A stretch of DNA of 64,000 nucleotides from Convolutriloba macropyga (lineage: Eukaryota), in NCBI RefSeq assembly GCF_964194025.1, contig NC_134477.1, positions 56,482,001 through 56,546,000 of the forward strand, read 5' to 3'. The position numbers and the translations under genes were made by a program. Positions 1 to 15,000 of the stretch are shown here, piece by piece. The first letter of the stretch is position 1; each line of letters starts with the position of its first letter. The notes under the pieces are model-generated. The model had not been told where the DNA came from. It was given only the letters and a program-made list of their open reading frames with translations, and ran no database searches.

Positions 1-3000
1 TTTTTGTCTAAATTACTTAGTGTATATTCCTATGTTTTTTTGAATTTCTGTTTAATATATTATAGGTTCATTTCGGTATGCCTTTTATCTGCTTCCCGTT
101 AATTGAACTTTTGCTTATTTCAAGAAGTTCGAAAACTTGCATTTCTCTGACTAATCTCATTCTTCGCCCTAGCCATAGCCATTTGTTTGCTGTAGTATAA
201 TTTTTCCAGGTTTTGTCTTCCGTTTTGTTGACGTGATGCTTATCGTACTGCACCAGGCTGACCCTTTGATTATAAAAATTTACTGATCTCATTTGTTTTG
301 TTTACCTTACTGTCGTCATGTCCATTGTACGGCTCCAGGCTGATCATCAAATTGTCACGAAACAACTGATGAAAAGGGCTTTTTTGTCTAAATTACTTAG
401 TGTATATTCCTATGTTTTTTTGAATTTCTGTTTAATATATTATAGGTTCATTTCGGTATGCCTTTTATCTGCTTCCCGTTAATTGAACTTTTGCTTATTT
501 CAAGAAGTTCGAAAACTTGCATTTCTCTGACTAATCTCATTCTTCGCCCTAGCCATAGCCATTGGTTTGCTTTAGTATAATTTTTCCAGGTTTTGTCTTT
601 CGTTTTGTTGACGTGATGCTCATCGTACTGCCCCAGGCTGACCCTTTGATTATAAAAATTTACTGATCTCAGTTGTTTTGTTTACCTTACTGTCGTCATG
701 TCCATTGTACGGCTCCAGGCTGATCATCAAATTGTCACGAAACAACTGATGAAAAGGGGTTTTTTTGTCTAAATTACTTAGTGTTTATTCCTGTGTTTTT
801 TTGAATTTCTGTTTATTATATTTTAGGTTCATTTCGGTATGACTTTTATCTGCTTCCCGTTTATTGGACTTTTGCGTTTTTCAAGAAGTTCGAAAACTTG
901 CATTTCTCTGACTAATCTCAATCTTCGCCCTAGCCATTGGTTTGCTGTAGTATAATTTTTCCAGGTTTTGTCTTTCGTTTTGTTGACGTGATGCTTATCG
1001 TACTGCCCCAGGCTGGCCCTTTGATTATAAATAGTTGCTGATCTAAGTTGTTTTTTGTTTGCCTCACTGTCGTCATGTCCATTGTGCGGCTCCAGTATGA
1101 TCATCGATTTGTCACGAAAAAACTGATAAAAAGCATTTTTTTCTAAAGTACTTATTATATGTGCTCATTTTTTTGTATTTCTTTTTAAAAACTTTTATGT
1201 TCATTTGGGTATGCCTTTTATCTGCTTCCCGTTAATTGAACTTTTGCTTATTTCAAGAAGTTCGAAAACTTGCATTTCTCTGACTAATCTCATTCTTCGC
1301 CCTAGCCATAGCCATTGGTTTGCTGTAGTATAATTTTTCCAGGTTTTGTCTTCCGTTTTGTTGACGTGATGCTTATCGTACTGCACCAGGCTGACCCTTT
1401 GATTATAAAAATTTACTGATCTCATTTGTTTTGTTTACCTTACTGTCGTCATGTCCATTGTACGGCTCCAGGCTGATCATCAAATTGTCACGAAACAACT
1501 GATGAAAAGGGTTTTTTTGTCTAAATTACTTAGTGTATATTCCTATGTTTTTTTGAATTTCTGTTTAATATATTATAGGTTCATTTCGGTATGCCTTTTA
1601 TCTGCTTCCCGTTAATTGAACTTTTGCTTATTTCAAGAAGTTCGAAAACTTGCATTTCTCTGACTAATCTCATTCTTCGCCCTAGCCATAGCCATTGGTT
1701 TGCTGTAGTATAATTTTTCCAGGTTTTGTCTTTCGTTTTGTTGACGTGATGCTTATCGTACTGCCCCAGGCTGACCCTTTGATTAAAAAAATTTACTGAT
1801 CTCATTTGTTTTGTTTACCTTACTGTCGTCATGTTCATTGTACGGCTCCAGGCTGATCATCAAATTGTCACGAAACAACTGATGAAAAGGGGTTTTTTTG
1901 TCTAAATTACTTAGTGTTTATTCCTGTGTTTTTTTGAATTTCTGTTTAATATATTTTAGGTTCATTTCGGTATGACTTTTATCTGCTTCCCGTTTATTGG
2001 ACTTTTGCGTTTTTCAAGAAGTTCGAAAACTTGCATTTCTCTGACTAATCTCAATCTTCGCCCTAGCCATTGGTTTGCTGTAGTATAATTTTTCCAGGTT
2101 TTGTCTTTCGTTTTGTTGACGTGATGCTTATCGTACTGCCCCAGGCTGACCCTTTGATTATAAATAGTGGCTGATCTAAATTGTTTTTTGTTTGCCTCAC
2201 TGTCGTCATGTCCATTGTGCGGCTCCAGGCTGATCATCGATTTGTCACGAAAAAACTGATAAAAAGCATTTTTTTTCTAAAGTACTTATTATCTGTGCTT
2301 ATTTTTTTGTATTTCTTTTTAATAACTTTTATGTTCATTTCGGTGTGCCTTATATCTGCTCCCCGTTTATTGAACTTTGCGTATTTCAAGAAGTTCGAAA
2401 ACTTGCATTTCTCTGACTAATCTCAATCTTCGCCCTAGCCATTGGTTTGCTGTAGTATAATTTTTCCAGGTTTTGTCTTTCGTTTTGTTGACGTGATGCT
2501 TATCGTACTGCCCCAGGCTGACCCTTTGATTATAAAAATTTACTGATCTCATTTGTTTTGTTTACCTTACTGTCGTCATGTCCATTGTACGGCTCCAGGC
2601 TGATCATCAAATGGTCACGAAACAACTGATGAAAAGGGGTTTTTTGTCTAAATTACTTAGTGTATAATCCTATGTTTTTTTGAATATCTGTTTAATATAT
2701 TATAGGTTCATTTCGGTGTGCCTTATATCTGCTCCCCGTTTATTGAACTTTGCGTATTTCAAGAAGTTCGAAAACTTGCATTTCTCTGACTAATCTCAAT
2801 CTTCGCCCTAGCCATTGGTTTGCTGTAGTATAATTTTTCCAGGTTTTGTCTTTCGTTTTGTTGACGTGATGCTTATCGTACTGCCCCAGGCTGACCCTTT
2901 GATTATAAAAATTTACTGATCTCATTTGTTTTGTTTACCTTACTGTCGTCATGTCCATTGTACGGCTCCAGGCTGATCATCAAATTGTCACGAAACAACT

Positions 3001-6000
3001 GATGAAAAGGGGGTTTTTTGTCTAAATTACTTAGTGTTTATTCCTGTGTTTTTTTGAATTTCTGTTTAATATATTTTAGGTTCATTTCGGTATGCCTTTT
3101 ATCTGCTTCCCGTTAATTCAACTTTTGCTTATTTCAAGAAGTTCGAAAACTTGCATTTCTCTGACTAATCTCATTCTTCGCCCTAGCCATAGCCATTGGT
3201 TTGCTGTAGTATAATTTTTCCAGGTTTTTTCTTTCGTTTTGTTGACGTGATGCTTATCGTACTGCCCCAGGCTGACCCTTTGATTATAAATAATTTGCTG
3301 ATCTAAATTGTTTTCTGTTTGCCTCACTGTCGTCATGTCCATTGTGCGGCTCCAGGCTGATCATCGATTTGTCACGAAAAAACTGATGAAAAGGGGTTTT
3401 TTGTCTAAATTACTTAGTGTATATTCCTATGTTTTTTTTGAATTTCTGTTTAATATATTTTAGGTTCATTTCGGTATGCCTTTTATCTGCTTCCCGTTAA
3501 TTGAACTTTTGCTTATTTCAAGAAGTTCGAAAACTTGCATTTCTCTGACTAATCTCATTCTTCGCCCTAGCCATAGCCATTGGTTTGCTGTAGTATAATT
3601 TTTCCAGGTTTTGTCTTCCGTTTTGTTGACGTGATGCTTATCGTACTGCACCAGGCTGCCCCTTTGATTATAAAAATTTACTGATCTCATTTGTTTTGTT
3701 CACCTTACTGTCGTCATGTCCATTGTACGGCTCCAGGCTGATCATCAAATTGTCACGAAACAACTGATGAAAAGGGGTTTTTTGTCTAAATTACTTAGTG
3801 TATATTCCTATGTTTTTTTTGAATTTCTGTTTAATATATTTTAGGTTCATTTCGGTATGCCTTTTATCTGCTTCCCGTTAATTGAACTTTTGCTTATTTC
3901 AAGAAGTTCGAAAACTTGCATTTCTCTGACTAATCTCATTCTTCGCCCTAGCCATAGCCATTGGTTTGCTGTAGTATAATTTTTCCAGGTTTTGTCTTCC
4001 GTTTTGTTGACGTGATGCTTATCGTACTGCACCAGGCTGACCCTTTGATTATAAAAATTTACTGATCTCATTTGTTTTGTTTACCTTACTGTCGTCATGT
4101 CCATTGTACGGCTCCAGGCTGATCATCAAATTGTCACGAAACAACTGATGAAAAGGGGTTTTTTTGTCTAAATTACTTAGTGTTTATTCCTGTGTTTTTT
4201 TGAATTTCTGTTTAATATATTTTAGGTTCATTTCGGTATGACTTTTATCTGTTTCCCGTTTATTGGACTTTTGCGTTTTTCAAGAAGTTCGAAAACTTGC
4301 ATTTCTCTGACTAATCTCAATCTTCGCCCTAGCCATTGGTTTGCTGTAGTATAATTTTTCCAGGTTTTGTCTTTCGTTTTGTTGACGTGATGCTTATCGT
4401 ACTGCCCCGGGCTGACCCTTTGATTATAAATAGTTGCTGATCTAAATTGTTTTTTGTTTGCCTCACTGTCGTCATGTCCATTGTGCGGCTCCAGGCTGAT
4501 CATCGATTTGTCACGAAAAAACTGATAAAAAGCATTTTTTTTTAAAGTACTTTTTATATGTGCTTATTTTTTTGTATTTCTTTTTAATAACTTTTATGTT
4601 CATTTCGGTGTGCCTTATATTTGCTCCCCGTTTATTGAACTTTGCGTATTTCAAGAAGTTCGAAAACTTGCATTTCTCTGACTAATCTCATTCTTCGCCC
4701 TAGCCATAGCCATTGGTTTGCTGTAGTATAATTTTTCCAGGTTTTCTCTTTCGTTTTGTTGATGTGATGCTTATCGTACTGCCCCAGGCTGACCCTTTGA
4801 TTATAAAAATTTACTGATCTCATTTGTTTTGTTTACCTTACTGTCGTCATGTCCATTGTACGGCTCCAGGCTGATCATCAAATTGTCACGAAACAACTGA
4901 TGAAAAAGGTTTTTTGTCTAAATTACTTAGTGTTTATTCCTGTGTTTTTTTGAATTTCTGTTTAATATATTTTAGGTTCATTTCGGTATAACTTTTATCT
5001 GCTTGCCGTTTATTGGACTTTTGCGTTTTTCAAGAAGTTCGAAAACTTGCATTTCTCTGACTAATCTCAATCTTCGCCCTAGCCATTGGTTTGCTGTAGT
5101 ATAATTTTTCCAGGTTTTGTCTTTCGTTTTGTTGACGTGATGCTTATCGTACTGCCCCAGGCTGACCCTTTGATTATAAAAATTTACCGATCTCATTTGT
5201 TTTGTTTACCTTACTGTCCTCATGTCCATTGTACGGCTCCAGGCTGATCATCAAATTGTCACGAAACAACTGATGAAAAGGGGTTTTTTTGTCTAAATTA
5301 CTTAGTGTTTATTCCTGTGTTTTTTTGAATTTCTGTTTAATATATTTTAGGTTCATTTCGGTATGACTTTTATCTGTTTCCCGTTTATTGGACTTTTGCG
5401 TTTTTCAAGAAGTTCGAAAACTTGCATTTCTCTGACTAATCTCAATCTTCGCCCTAGCCATTGGTTTGCTGTAGTATAATTTTTCCAGGTTTTGTCTTTC
5501 GTTTTGTTGACGTGATGCTTATCGTACTGCCCCGGGCTGACCCTTTGATTATAAATAGTTGCTGATCTAAATTGTTTTTTGTTTGCCTCACTGTCGTCAT
5601 GTCCATTGTGCGGCTCCAGGCTGATCATCGATTTGTCACGAAAAAACTGATAAAAAGCATTTTTTTTTAAAGTACTTTTTATATGTGCTTATTTTTTTGT
5701 ATTTCTTTTTAATAACTTTTATGTTCATTTCGGTGTGCCTTATATTTGCTCCCCGTTTATTGAACTTTGCGTATTTCAAGAAGTTCGAAAACTTGCATTT
5801 CTCTGACTAATCTCATTCTTCGCCCTAGCCATAGCCATTGGTTTGCTGTAGTATAATTTTTCCAGGTTTTCTCTTTCGTTTTGTTGATGTGATGCTTATC
5901 GTACTGCCCCAGGCTGACCCTTTGATTATAAAAATTTACTGATCTCATTTGTTTTGTTTACCTTACTGTCGTCATGTCCATTGTACGGCTCCAGGCTGAT

Positions 6001-9000
6001 CATCAAATTGTCACGAAACAACTGATGAAAAAGGTTTTTTGTCTAAATTACTTAGTGTTTATTCCTGTGTTTTTTTGAATTTCTGTTTAATATATTTTAG
6101 GTTCATTTCGGTATAACTTTTATCTGCTTGCCGTTTATTGGACTTTTGCGTTTTTCAAGAAGTTCGAAAACTTGCATTTCTCTGACTAATCTCAATCTTC
6201 GCCCTAGCCATTGGTTTGCTGTAGTATAATTTTTCCAGGTTTTGTCTTTCGTTTTGTTGACGTGATGCTTATCGTACTGCCCCAGGCTGACCCTTTGATT
6301 ATAAAAATTTACCGATCTCATTTGTTTTGTTTACCTTACTGTCCTCATGTCCATTGTACGGCTCCAGGCTGATCATCAAATTGTCACGAAACAACTGATG
6401 AAAAAGGGTTTTTTGTCTAATTTACTTAGTGTTTATTCCTGTGTTTTTTTGAATTTCTGTTTAATAATTTTTAGGTTCATTTCGGTATGACTTTTATCTG
6501 CTTGCCGTTTATTGGACTTTTGCGTTTTTCAAGAAGTTCGAAAACTTGCATTTCTCTGACTAATCTCATTCTTCGCCCTAGCCATAGCCATTGGTTTGCT
6601 GTAGTATAATTTTTCCAGGTTTTGTCTTTCGTTTTGTTGACGTGATGCTTATCGTACTGCCCCAGGCCGACCCTTTGATTATAAAAATTTACTGATCTCA
6701 TTTGTTTTGTTTACCTTACTGTCGTCATGTCCATTGTACGGCTCCAGGCTGATCATCAAATTGTCACGAAACAACTGATGAAAAGGGGTTTTTTGTCTAA
6801 ATTACTTAGTGTTTATTCCTGTGTTTTTTTGAATTTCTGTTTAACATATTTTAGGTTCATTTCGGTATGCCTTTTATCTGCTTCCCGTTAATTGAACTTT
6901 TGCTTATTTCAAGAAGTTCGAAAACTTGCATTTCTCTGACTAATCTCATTCTTCGCCCTAGCCATAGCCATTGATTTGCTGTAGTATAATTTTTCCAGGT
7001 TTTGTCTTTCGTTTTTTTGACGTGATGCTTATCGTACTGCCCCAGGCTGACCCTTTGATTATAAAAATTTGCTGATCTCATTTGTTTTGTTTACCTTACT
7101 GTCGTCATATCCATTGTACGGCTCCAGGCTGATCATCAAATTGTCACGAAGCAACTGATGAAAAGGGGTTTTTTGTCTAAATTAGTTAGTGTTTTTTCCT
7201 GTGTTTTTTTTTGAATTTCTGTTTAATATATTTTAGGTTCATTTCGGTATGCTTTTTATCTGCTTCCCGTTTATTGGACTTTTGCGTTTTTCCAGAAGTT
7301 CGAAAACTTGCATTTCTCTGACTAATCTCAATCTTCGCCCTAGCCATTGGTTTGCTGTAGTATAATTTTTCCAGGTTTTGTCTTTCGTTTTGTTGACGTG
7401 ATGCTTATCGTACTGCCCCAGGCTGACTCTTTGATTATAAAAATTTACTGATCTCATTTGCTTTGTTTACCTTACTGTCGTCATGTTCATTGTACGGCTC
7501 CAGGCTGATCATCAAATTGTCACGAAGCAACTGATGAAAAAAGGTTTTTGTCTAAATTACTTAGTGTTTATTCCTGTGTTTTTTTGAATTTCTGTTTAAT
7601 ATATTTTAGGTTCATTTCGGCATGCTTTTTATCTGCTTCCCGTTTATTGGACTTTTGCGTTTTTCAAGAAGTTCGAAAACTTGCATTTCTCTGACTAATC
7701 TCAATCTTCGCCCTAGCCATTGGTTTGCTGTAGTATATTTTTTCCAGGTTTTGTCTTTCGTTTTGTTGACGTGATGCTTATCGTACTGCCCCAGGCTGAC
7801 CCTTTGATTATAAAAATTTACTGATCTCATTTGTTTTGTTTACCTTACTGTCGTCATGTCCATTGTACGGCTCCAAGCTGATCATCAAATTGTCACGAAA
7901 CAACTGATGAAAAGGGGTTTTTTGTCTAAATTACTTAGTGTTTATTCCTGTGTTTTTTTGAATTTCTGTTTAACATATTTTAGGTTCATTTCGGTATGCC
8001 TTTTATCTGCTTCCCGTTAATTGAACTTTTGCTTATTTCAAGAAGTTCGAAAACTTGCATTTCTCTGACTAATCTCATTCTTCGCCCTAGCCATAGCCAT
8101 TGATTTGCTGTAGTATAATTTTTCCAGGTTTTGTCTTTCGTTTTGTTGACGTGATGCTTATCGTACTGCCCCAGGCTGACCCTTTGATTATAAAAATTTA
8201 CTGATCTCATTTGTTTTGTTTACCTTACTGTCGTCATGTCCATTGTACGGCTCCAGGCTGATCATCAAATTGTCACGAAGCAACCGATGAAAAGGGGTTT
8301 TTAGTCTAAATTACTTAGTGTTTATTCCTGTGTTTTTTTTTGAATTTCTGTTTAATATATTTTAGGTTCATTTCGGTATGCTTTTTATCTGCTTCCCGTT
8401 TATTGGACTTTTGCGTTTTTCAAGAAGTTCGAAAACTTGCATTTCTCTGACTAATCTCAATCTTCGCCCTAGCCATTGGTTTGCTGTAGTATAATTTTTC
8501 CAGGTTTTGTCTTTCGTTTTGTTGACGTGATGCTTATCGTACTGCCCCAGGCTGACCCTTTGATTATAAAAATTTACTGATCTCATTTGTTTTGTTTACC
8601 TTACTGTCGTCATGTCAATTGTACGGCTCCAGGCTGATCATCAAATTGTCACGAAACAACTGATGAAAAGGGATTTTTTTGTCTAAATTACTTAGTGTTT
8701 ATTCCTGTGTTTTTTTGAATTTCTGTTTAATATATTTTAGGTTCATTTCGGTATGCCTTTTATCTGCTTCCCGTTAATTGAACTTTTGCTTATTTCAAGG
8801 AGTTCGAAAATTGGCATTTCTCTGACTAATCTCATTCTTCGCCCTAGCCATAGCCATTGGTTTGCTGTAGTATAATTTTTCCAGGTTTTGTCTTTCGTTT
8901 TGTTGACGTGATGCTTATCGTACTGCCCCAGGCTGACCCTTTGATTATAAAAATTTACTGATCTCATTTGTTTTGTTTACCTTACTGTCGTCATGTCCAT

Positions 9001-12000
9001 TGTACGGCTCCAGGCTGATCATCAAATTGTCACGAAGCAACCGATGAAAAGGGGTTTTTAGTCTAAATTACTTAGTGTTTATTCCTGTGTTTTTTTTTCG
9101 AATTTCTGTTTAATATATTTTAGGTTCATTTCGGTATGCTTTTTATCTGCTTCCCGTTTATTGGACTTTTGCGTTTTTCAAGAAGTTCGAAAACTTGCAT
9201 TTCTCTGACTAATCTCAATCTTCGCCCTAGCCATTGGTTTGCTGTAGTATAATTTTTCCAGGTTTTGTCTTTCGTTTTGTTGACGTGATGCTTATCGTAC
9301 TGCCCCAGGCTGACTCTTTGATTATAAAAATTTACTGATCTCATTTGCTTTGTTTACCTTACTGTCGTCATGTCCATTGTACGGCTCCAGGCTGATCATC
9401 AAATTGTCACGAAGCAACTGATGAAAAGGGGTTTTTTGTCTAAATTACTTAGTGTTTATTCCTGTGTTTTTTTTAATTTCTGTTTAATATATTTTAGGTT
9501 CATTTCGGTATGCTTTTTATCTGCTTCCCGTTTATTGGACTTTTGCGTTTTTCAAGAAGTTCGAAAACTTGCATTTCTCTGACTAATCTCAATCTTCGCC
9601 CTAGCCATTGGTTTGCTGTAGTATAATTTTTCCAGGTTTTGTCTTTCGTTTTGTTGACGTGATGCTTATCGTACTGCCCCAGACTGACCCTTTGATTATA
9701 AAAATTTACTGATCTCATTTGTTTTGTTTACCTTACTGTCGTCATGTCCATTGTACGGCTCCAAGCTGATCATCAAATTGTCACGAAACAACTGATGAAA
9801 AGGGGTTTTTTGTCTAAATTACTTAGTGTTTATTCCTGTGTTTTTTTGAATTTCTGTTTAACATATTTTAGGTTCATTTCGGTATGCCTTTTATCTGCTT
9901 CCCGTTAATTGAACTTTTGCTTATTTCAAGAAGTTCGAAAACTTGCATTTCTCTGACTAATCTCATTCTTCGCCCTAGCCATAGCCATTGATTTGCTGTA
10001 GTATAATTTTTCCAGGTTTTGTCTTTCGTTTTGTTGACGTGATGCTTATCGTACTGCCCCAGGCTGACCCTTTGATTATAAAAATTTACTGATCTCATTT
10101 GTTTTGTTTACCTTACTGTCGTCATGTCCATTGTACGGCTCCAGGCTGATCATCAAATTGTCACGAAGCAACCGATGAAAAGGGGTTTTTAGTCTAAATT
10201 ACTTAGTGTTTATTCCTGTGTTTTTTTTGAATTTCTGTTTAATATATTTTAGGTTCATTTCGGTATGCTTTTTATCTGCTTCCCGTTTTTTGGACTTTTG
10301 CGTTTTTCCAGAAGTTCGAAAACTTGCATTTCTCTGACTAATCTCAATCTTCGCCCTAGCCATTGGTTTGCTGTAGTATAATTTTTCCAGGTTTTGTCTT
10401 TCGTTTTGTTGACGTGATGCTTATCGTACTGCCCCAGGCTGACTCTTTGATTATAAAAATTTACTGATCTCATTTGCTTTGTTTACCTTACTGTCGTCAT
10501 GTCCATTGTACGGCTCCAGGCTGATCATCAAATTGTCACGAAGCAACTGATGAAAAGGGGTTTTTAGTCTAAATTACTTAGTGTTTATTCCTGTGTTTTT
10601 TTTTGAATTTCTGTTTAATATATTTTAGGTTCATTTCGGTATGCCTTTTATCTGCTTCCCGTTAATTGAACTTTTGCTTATTTCAAGAAGTTCGAAAACT
10701 TGCATTTCTCTGACTAATCTCATTCTTCGCCCTAGCCATAGCCATTGGTTTGCTGTAGTATAATTTTTCCAGGTTTTGTCTTTCGTTTTGTTGACGTGAT
10801 GCTTATCGTACTGCCCCAGGCTGACCCTTTGATTATAAAAATTTACTGATCTCATTTGTTTTGTTTACCTTACTGTCGTCATATCCATTGTACGGCTCCA
10901 GGCTGATCATCAAATTGTCACGAAGCAACTGATGAAAAGGGGTTTTTTGTCTAAATTACTTAGTGTTTATTCCTGTGTTTTTTTTTTGAATTTCTGTTTA
11001 ATATATTTTAGGTTCATTTCGGTATGCTTTTTATCTGCTTCCCGTTTATTGGACTTTTGCGTTTTTCCAGAAGTTCGAAAACTTGCATTTCTCTGACTAA
11101 TCTCAATCTTCGCCCTAGCCATTGGTTTGCTGTAGTATAATTTTTCCAGGTTTTGTCTTTCGTTTTGTTGACGTGATGCTTATCGTACTGCCCCAGGCTG
11201 ACTCTTTGATTATAAAAATTTACTGATCTCATTTGCTTTGTTTACCTTACTGTCGTCATGTCCATTGTACGGCTCCAGGCTGATCATCAAATTGTCACGA
11301 AGCAACTGATGAAAAGGGGTTTTTTGTCTAAATTACTTAGTGTTTATTTCTGTGTTTTTTTTGAATTTCTGTTTAATATATTTTAGGTTCATTTCGGTAT
11401 GCTTTTTATCTGCTTCCCGTTTATTGGACTTTTGCGTTTTTCAAGAAGTTCGAAAACTTGCATTTCTCTGACTAATCTCAATCTTCGCCCTAGCCATTGG
11501 TTTGCTGTAGTATAATTTTTCCAGGTTTTGTCTTTCGTTTTGTTGACGTGATGCTTATCGTACTGCCCCAGGCTGACCCTTTGATTATAAAAATTTACTG
11601 ATCTCATTTGTTTTGTTTACCTTACTGTCGTCATGTCCATTGTACGGCTCCAAGCTGATCATCAAATTGTCACGAAACAACTGATGAAAAGGGTTTTTTG
11701 TCTAAATTACTTAGTGTTTATTCCTGTGTTTTTTTGAATTTCTGTTTAACATATTTTAGGTTCATTTCGGTATGCCTTTTATCTGCTTCCCGTTAATTGA
11801 ACTTTTGCTTATTTCAAGAAGTTCGAAAACTTGCATTTCTCTGACTAATCTCATTCTTCGCCCTAGCCATAGCCATTGATTTGCTGTAGTATAATTTTTC
11901 CAGGTTTTGTCTTTCGTTTTGTTGACGTGATGCTTATCGTACTGCCCGAGGCTGACCCTTTGATTATAAAAATTTACTGATCTCATTTGTTTTGTTTACC

Positions 12001-15000
12001 TTACTGTCGTCATGTCCATTGTACGGCTCCAGGCTGATCATCAAATTGTCACGAAGCAACCGATGAAAAGGGGTTTTTAGTCTAAATTACTTAGTGTTTA
12101 TTCCTGTGTTTTTTTTTTGAATTTCTGTTTAATATATTTTAGGTTCATTTCGGTATGCTTTTTATCTGCTTCCCGTTTATTGGACTTTTGCGTTTTTCAA
12201 GAAGTTCGAAAACTTGCATTTCTCTGACTAATCTCAATCTTCGCCCGAGCCATTGGTTTGCTGTAGTATAATTTTTCCAGGTTTTGTCTTTCGTTTTGTT
12301 GACGTGATGCTTATCGTACTGCCCCAGGCTGACTCTTTGATTATAAAAATTTACTGATCTCATTTGCTTTGTTTACCTTACTGTCGTCATGTCCATTGTA
12401 CGGCTCCAGGCTGATCATCAAATTGTCACGAAGCAACTGATGAAAAGGGGTTTTTTGTCTAAATTACTTAGTGTTTATTCCTGTGTTTTTTTTGAATTTC
12501 TGTTTAATATATTTTAGGTTCATTTCGGTATGCTTTTTATCTGCTTCCCGTTTATTGGACTTTTGCGTTTTTCAAGAAGTTCGAAAACTTGCATTTCTCT
12601 GACTAATCTCAATCTTCGCCCTAGCCATTGGTTTGCTGTAGTTTAATTTTTCCAGGTTTTGTCTTTCGTTTTGTTGACGTGATGCTTATCGTACTGCCCC
12701 AGGCTGACCCTTTGATTATAAAAATTTACTGATCTCATTTGTTTTGTTTACCTTACTGTCGTCATGTCCATTGTACGGCTCCAAGCTGATCATCAAATTG
12801 TCACGAAACAACTGATGAAAAGGGGTTTTTTGTCTAAATTACTTAGTGTTTATTCCTGTGTTTTTTTTGAATTTCTGTTTAACATATTTTAGGTTCATTT
12901 CGGTATGCCTTTTATCTGCTTCCCGTTAATTGAACTTTTGCTTATTTCAACAAGTTCGAAAACTTGCATTTCTCTGACTAATCTCATTCTTCGCCCTAGC
13001 CATAGCCATTGATTTGCTGTAGTATAATTTTTCCAGGTTTTGTCTTTCGTTTTGTTGACGTGATGCTTATCGTACTGCCCCAGGCTGACCCTTTGATTAT
13101 AAAAATTTACTGATCTCATTTGTTTTGTTTACCTTACTGTCGTCATGTCCATTGTACGGCTCCAGGCTGATCATCAAATTGTCACGAAGCAACCGATGAA
13201 AAGGGGTTTTTAGTCTAAATTACTTAGTGTTTATTCCTGTGTTTTTTTTTGAATTTCTGTTTAATATATTTTAGGTTCATTTCGGTATGCTTTTTATCTG
13301 CTTCCCGTTTATTGGACTTTTGCGTTTTTCAAGAAGTTCGAAAACTTGCATTTCTCTGACTAATCTCAATCTTCGCCCTAGCCATTGGTTTGCTGTAGTA
13401 TAATTTTTCCAGGTTTTGTCTTTCGTTTTGTTGACGTGATGCTTATCGTACTGCCCCAGGCTGACCCTTTGATTATAAAAATTTACTGATCTCATTTGTT
13501 TTGTTTACCTTACTGTCGTCATGTCCATTGTACGGCTCCAGGCTGATCATCAAATTGTCAAGAAGCAACTGATGGAAAGGGGTTTTTAGTCTAAATTACT
13601 TAGTGTTTATTCCTGTGTTTTTTTTGAATTTCTGTTTAATATATTTTAGGTTCATTTCGGTATGCTTTTTATCTGCTTCCCGTTTATTGGACTTTTGCGT
13701 TTTTCAAGAAGTTCGAAAACTTGCATCTCTCTGACTAATCTCAATCTTCGCCCTAGCCATTGGTTTGCTGTAGTATAATTTTTCCAGGTTTTGTCTTTCG
13801 TTTTGTTGACGTGATGCTTATCGTACTGCCCCAGGCTGACCCTTTGATTATAAAAATTTACTGATCTCATTTGTTTTGTTTACCTTACTGTCGTCCTGTC
13901 CATTGTACGGCTCCAGGCTGATCATCAAATTGTCACGAAACAACTGATGAAAAGGGGTTTTTTGTCTAAATTACTTAGTGTTTATTACTGTGTTTTTTGA
14001 ATTTTTGTTTAATATATTTTAGGTTCATTTCGGTATGACTTTTATCTGCTTCCCGTTCATTGGACTTTTGCGTTTTTCAAGAAGTTCAAAAACTTGCATT
14101 TCTCTGACTAATCTCAATCTTCGCCCTAGCCATTGGTTTGCTGTAGTATAATTTTTCCAGGTTTTGTCTTTCGTTTTGTTGACGTGATGCTTATCGTACT
14201 GCCCCAGGCTGACCCTTTGATTATAAAAATTTACTGATCTCATTCGTTTTGTTTATACTGTCGTCATGTCCATTGTACGGCTCCAGGCTGATCATCAAAT
14301 TGTCACGAAACAACTGATGAAAAGGGATTTTTTGTCTAAATTACTTAGTGTTTGTTCCTGTGTTTTTTTTGAATTTCTGTTTAACATATTTTAGGTTCAT
14401 TTCGGTATGCCTTTTATCTGCTTCCCGTTAATTGAACTTTTGCTTATTTCAAGAAGTTCGAAAACTTGCATTTCTCTGACTAATCTCATTCTTCGCCCTA
14501 GCCATAGCCATTGATTTGCTGTAGTATAATTTTTCCAGGTTTTGTCTTTCGTTTTGTTGACGTGATGCTTATCGTACTGCCCCAGGCTGATCCTTTGATT
14601 ATAAAAATTTACTGATCTCATTCGTTTTGTTTACCTTACTGTCGTCATGTCCATTGTACGGCTCCAGGCTGATCATCAAATTGTCACGAAGCAACCGATG
14701 AAAAGGGGTTTTTAGTCTAAATTACTTAGTGTTTTTTCCTGTGTTTTTTTTTTTGAATTTTTGTTTAATATATTTTAGGTTCATTTCGGTATGACTTTTA
14801 TCTGCTTCCCGTTTATTGGACTTTTGCGTTTTTCAAGAAGTTCGAAAACTTGCATTTCTCTGACTAATCTCAATCTTCGCCCTAGCCATTGGTTTGCTGT
14901 AGTATAATTTTTCCAGGTTTTGTCTTTCGTTTTGTTGACGTGATGCTTATCGTACTGCCCCAGGCTGACCCTTTGATTATAAAAATTTACTGATCTCATT

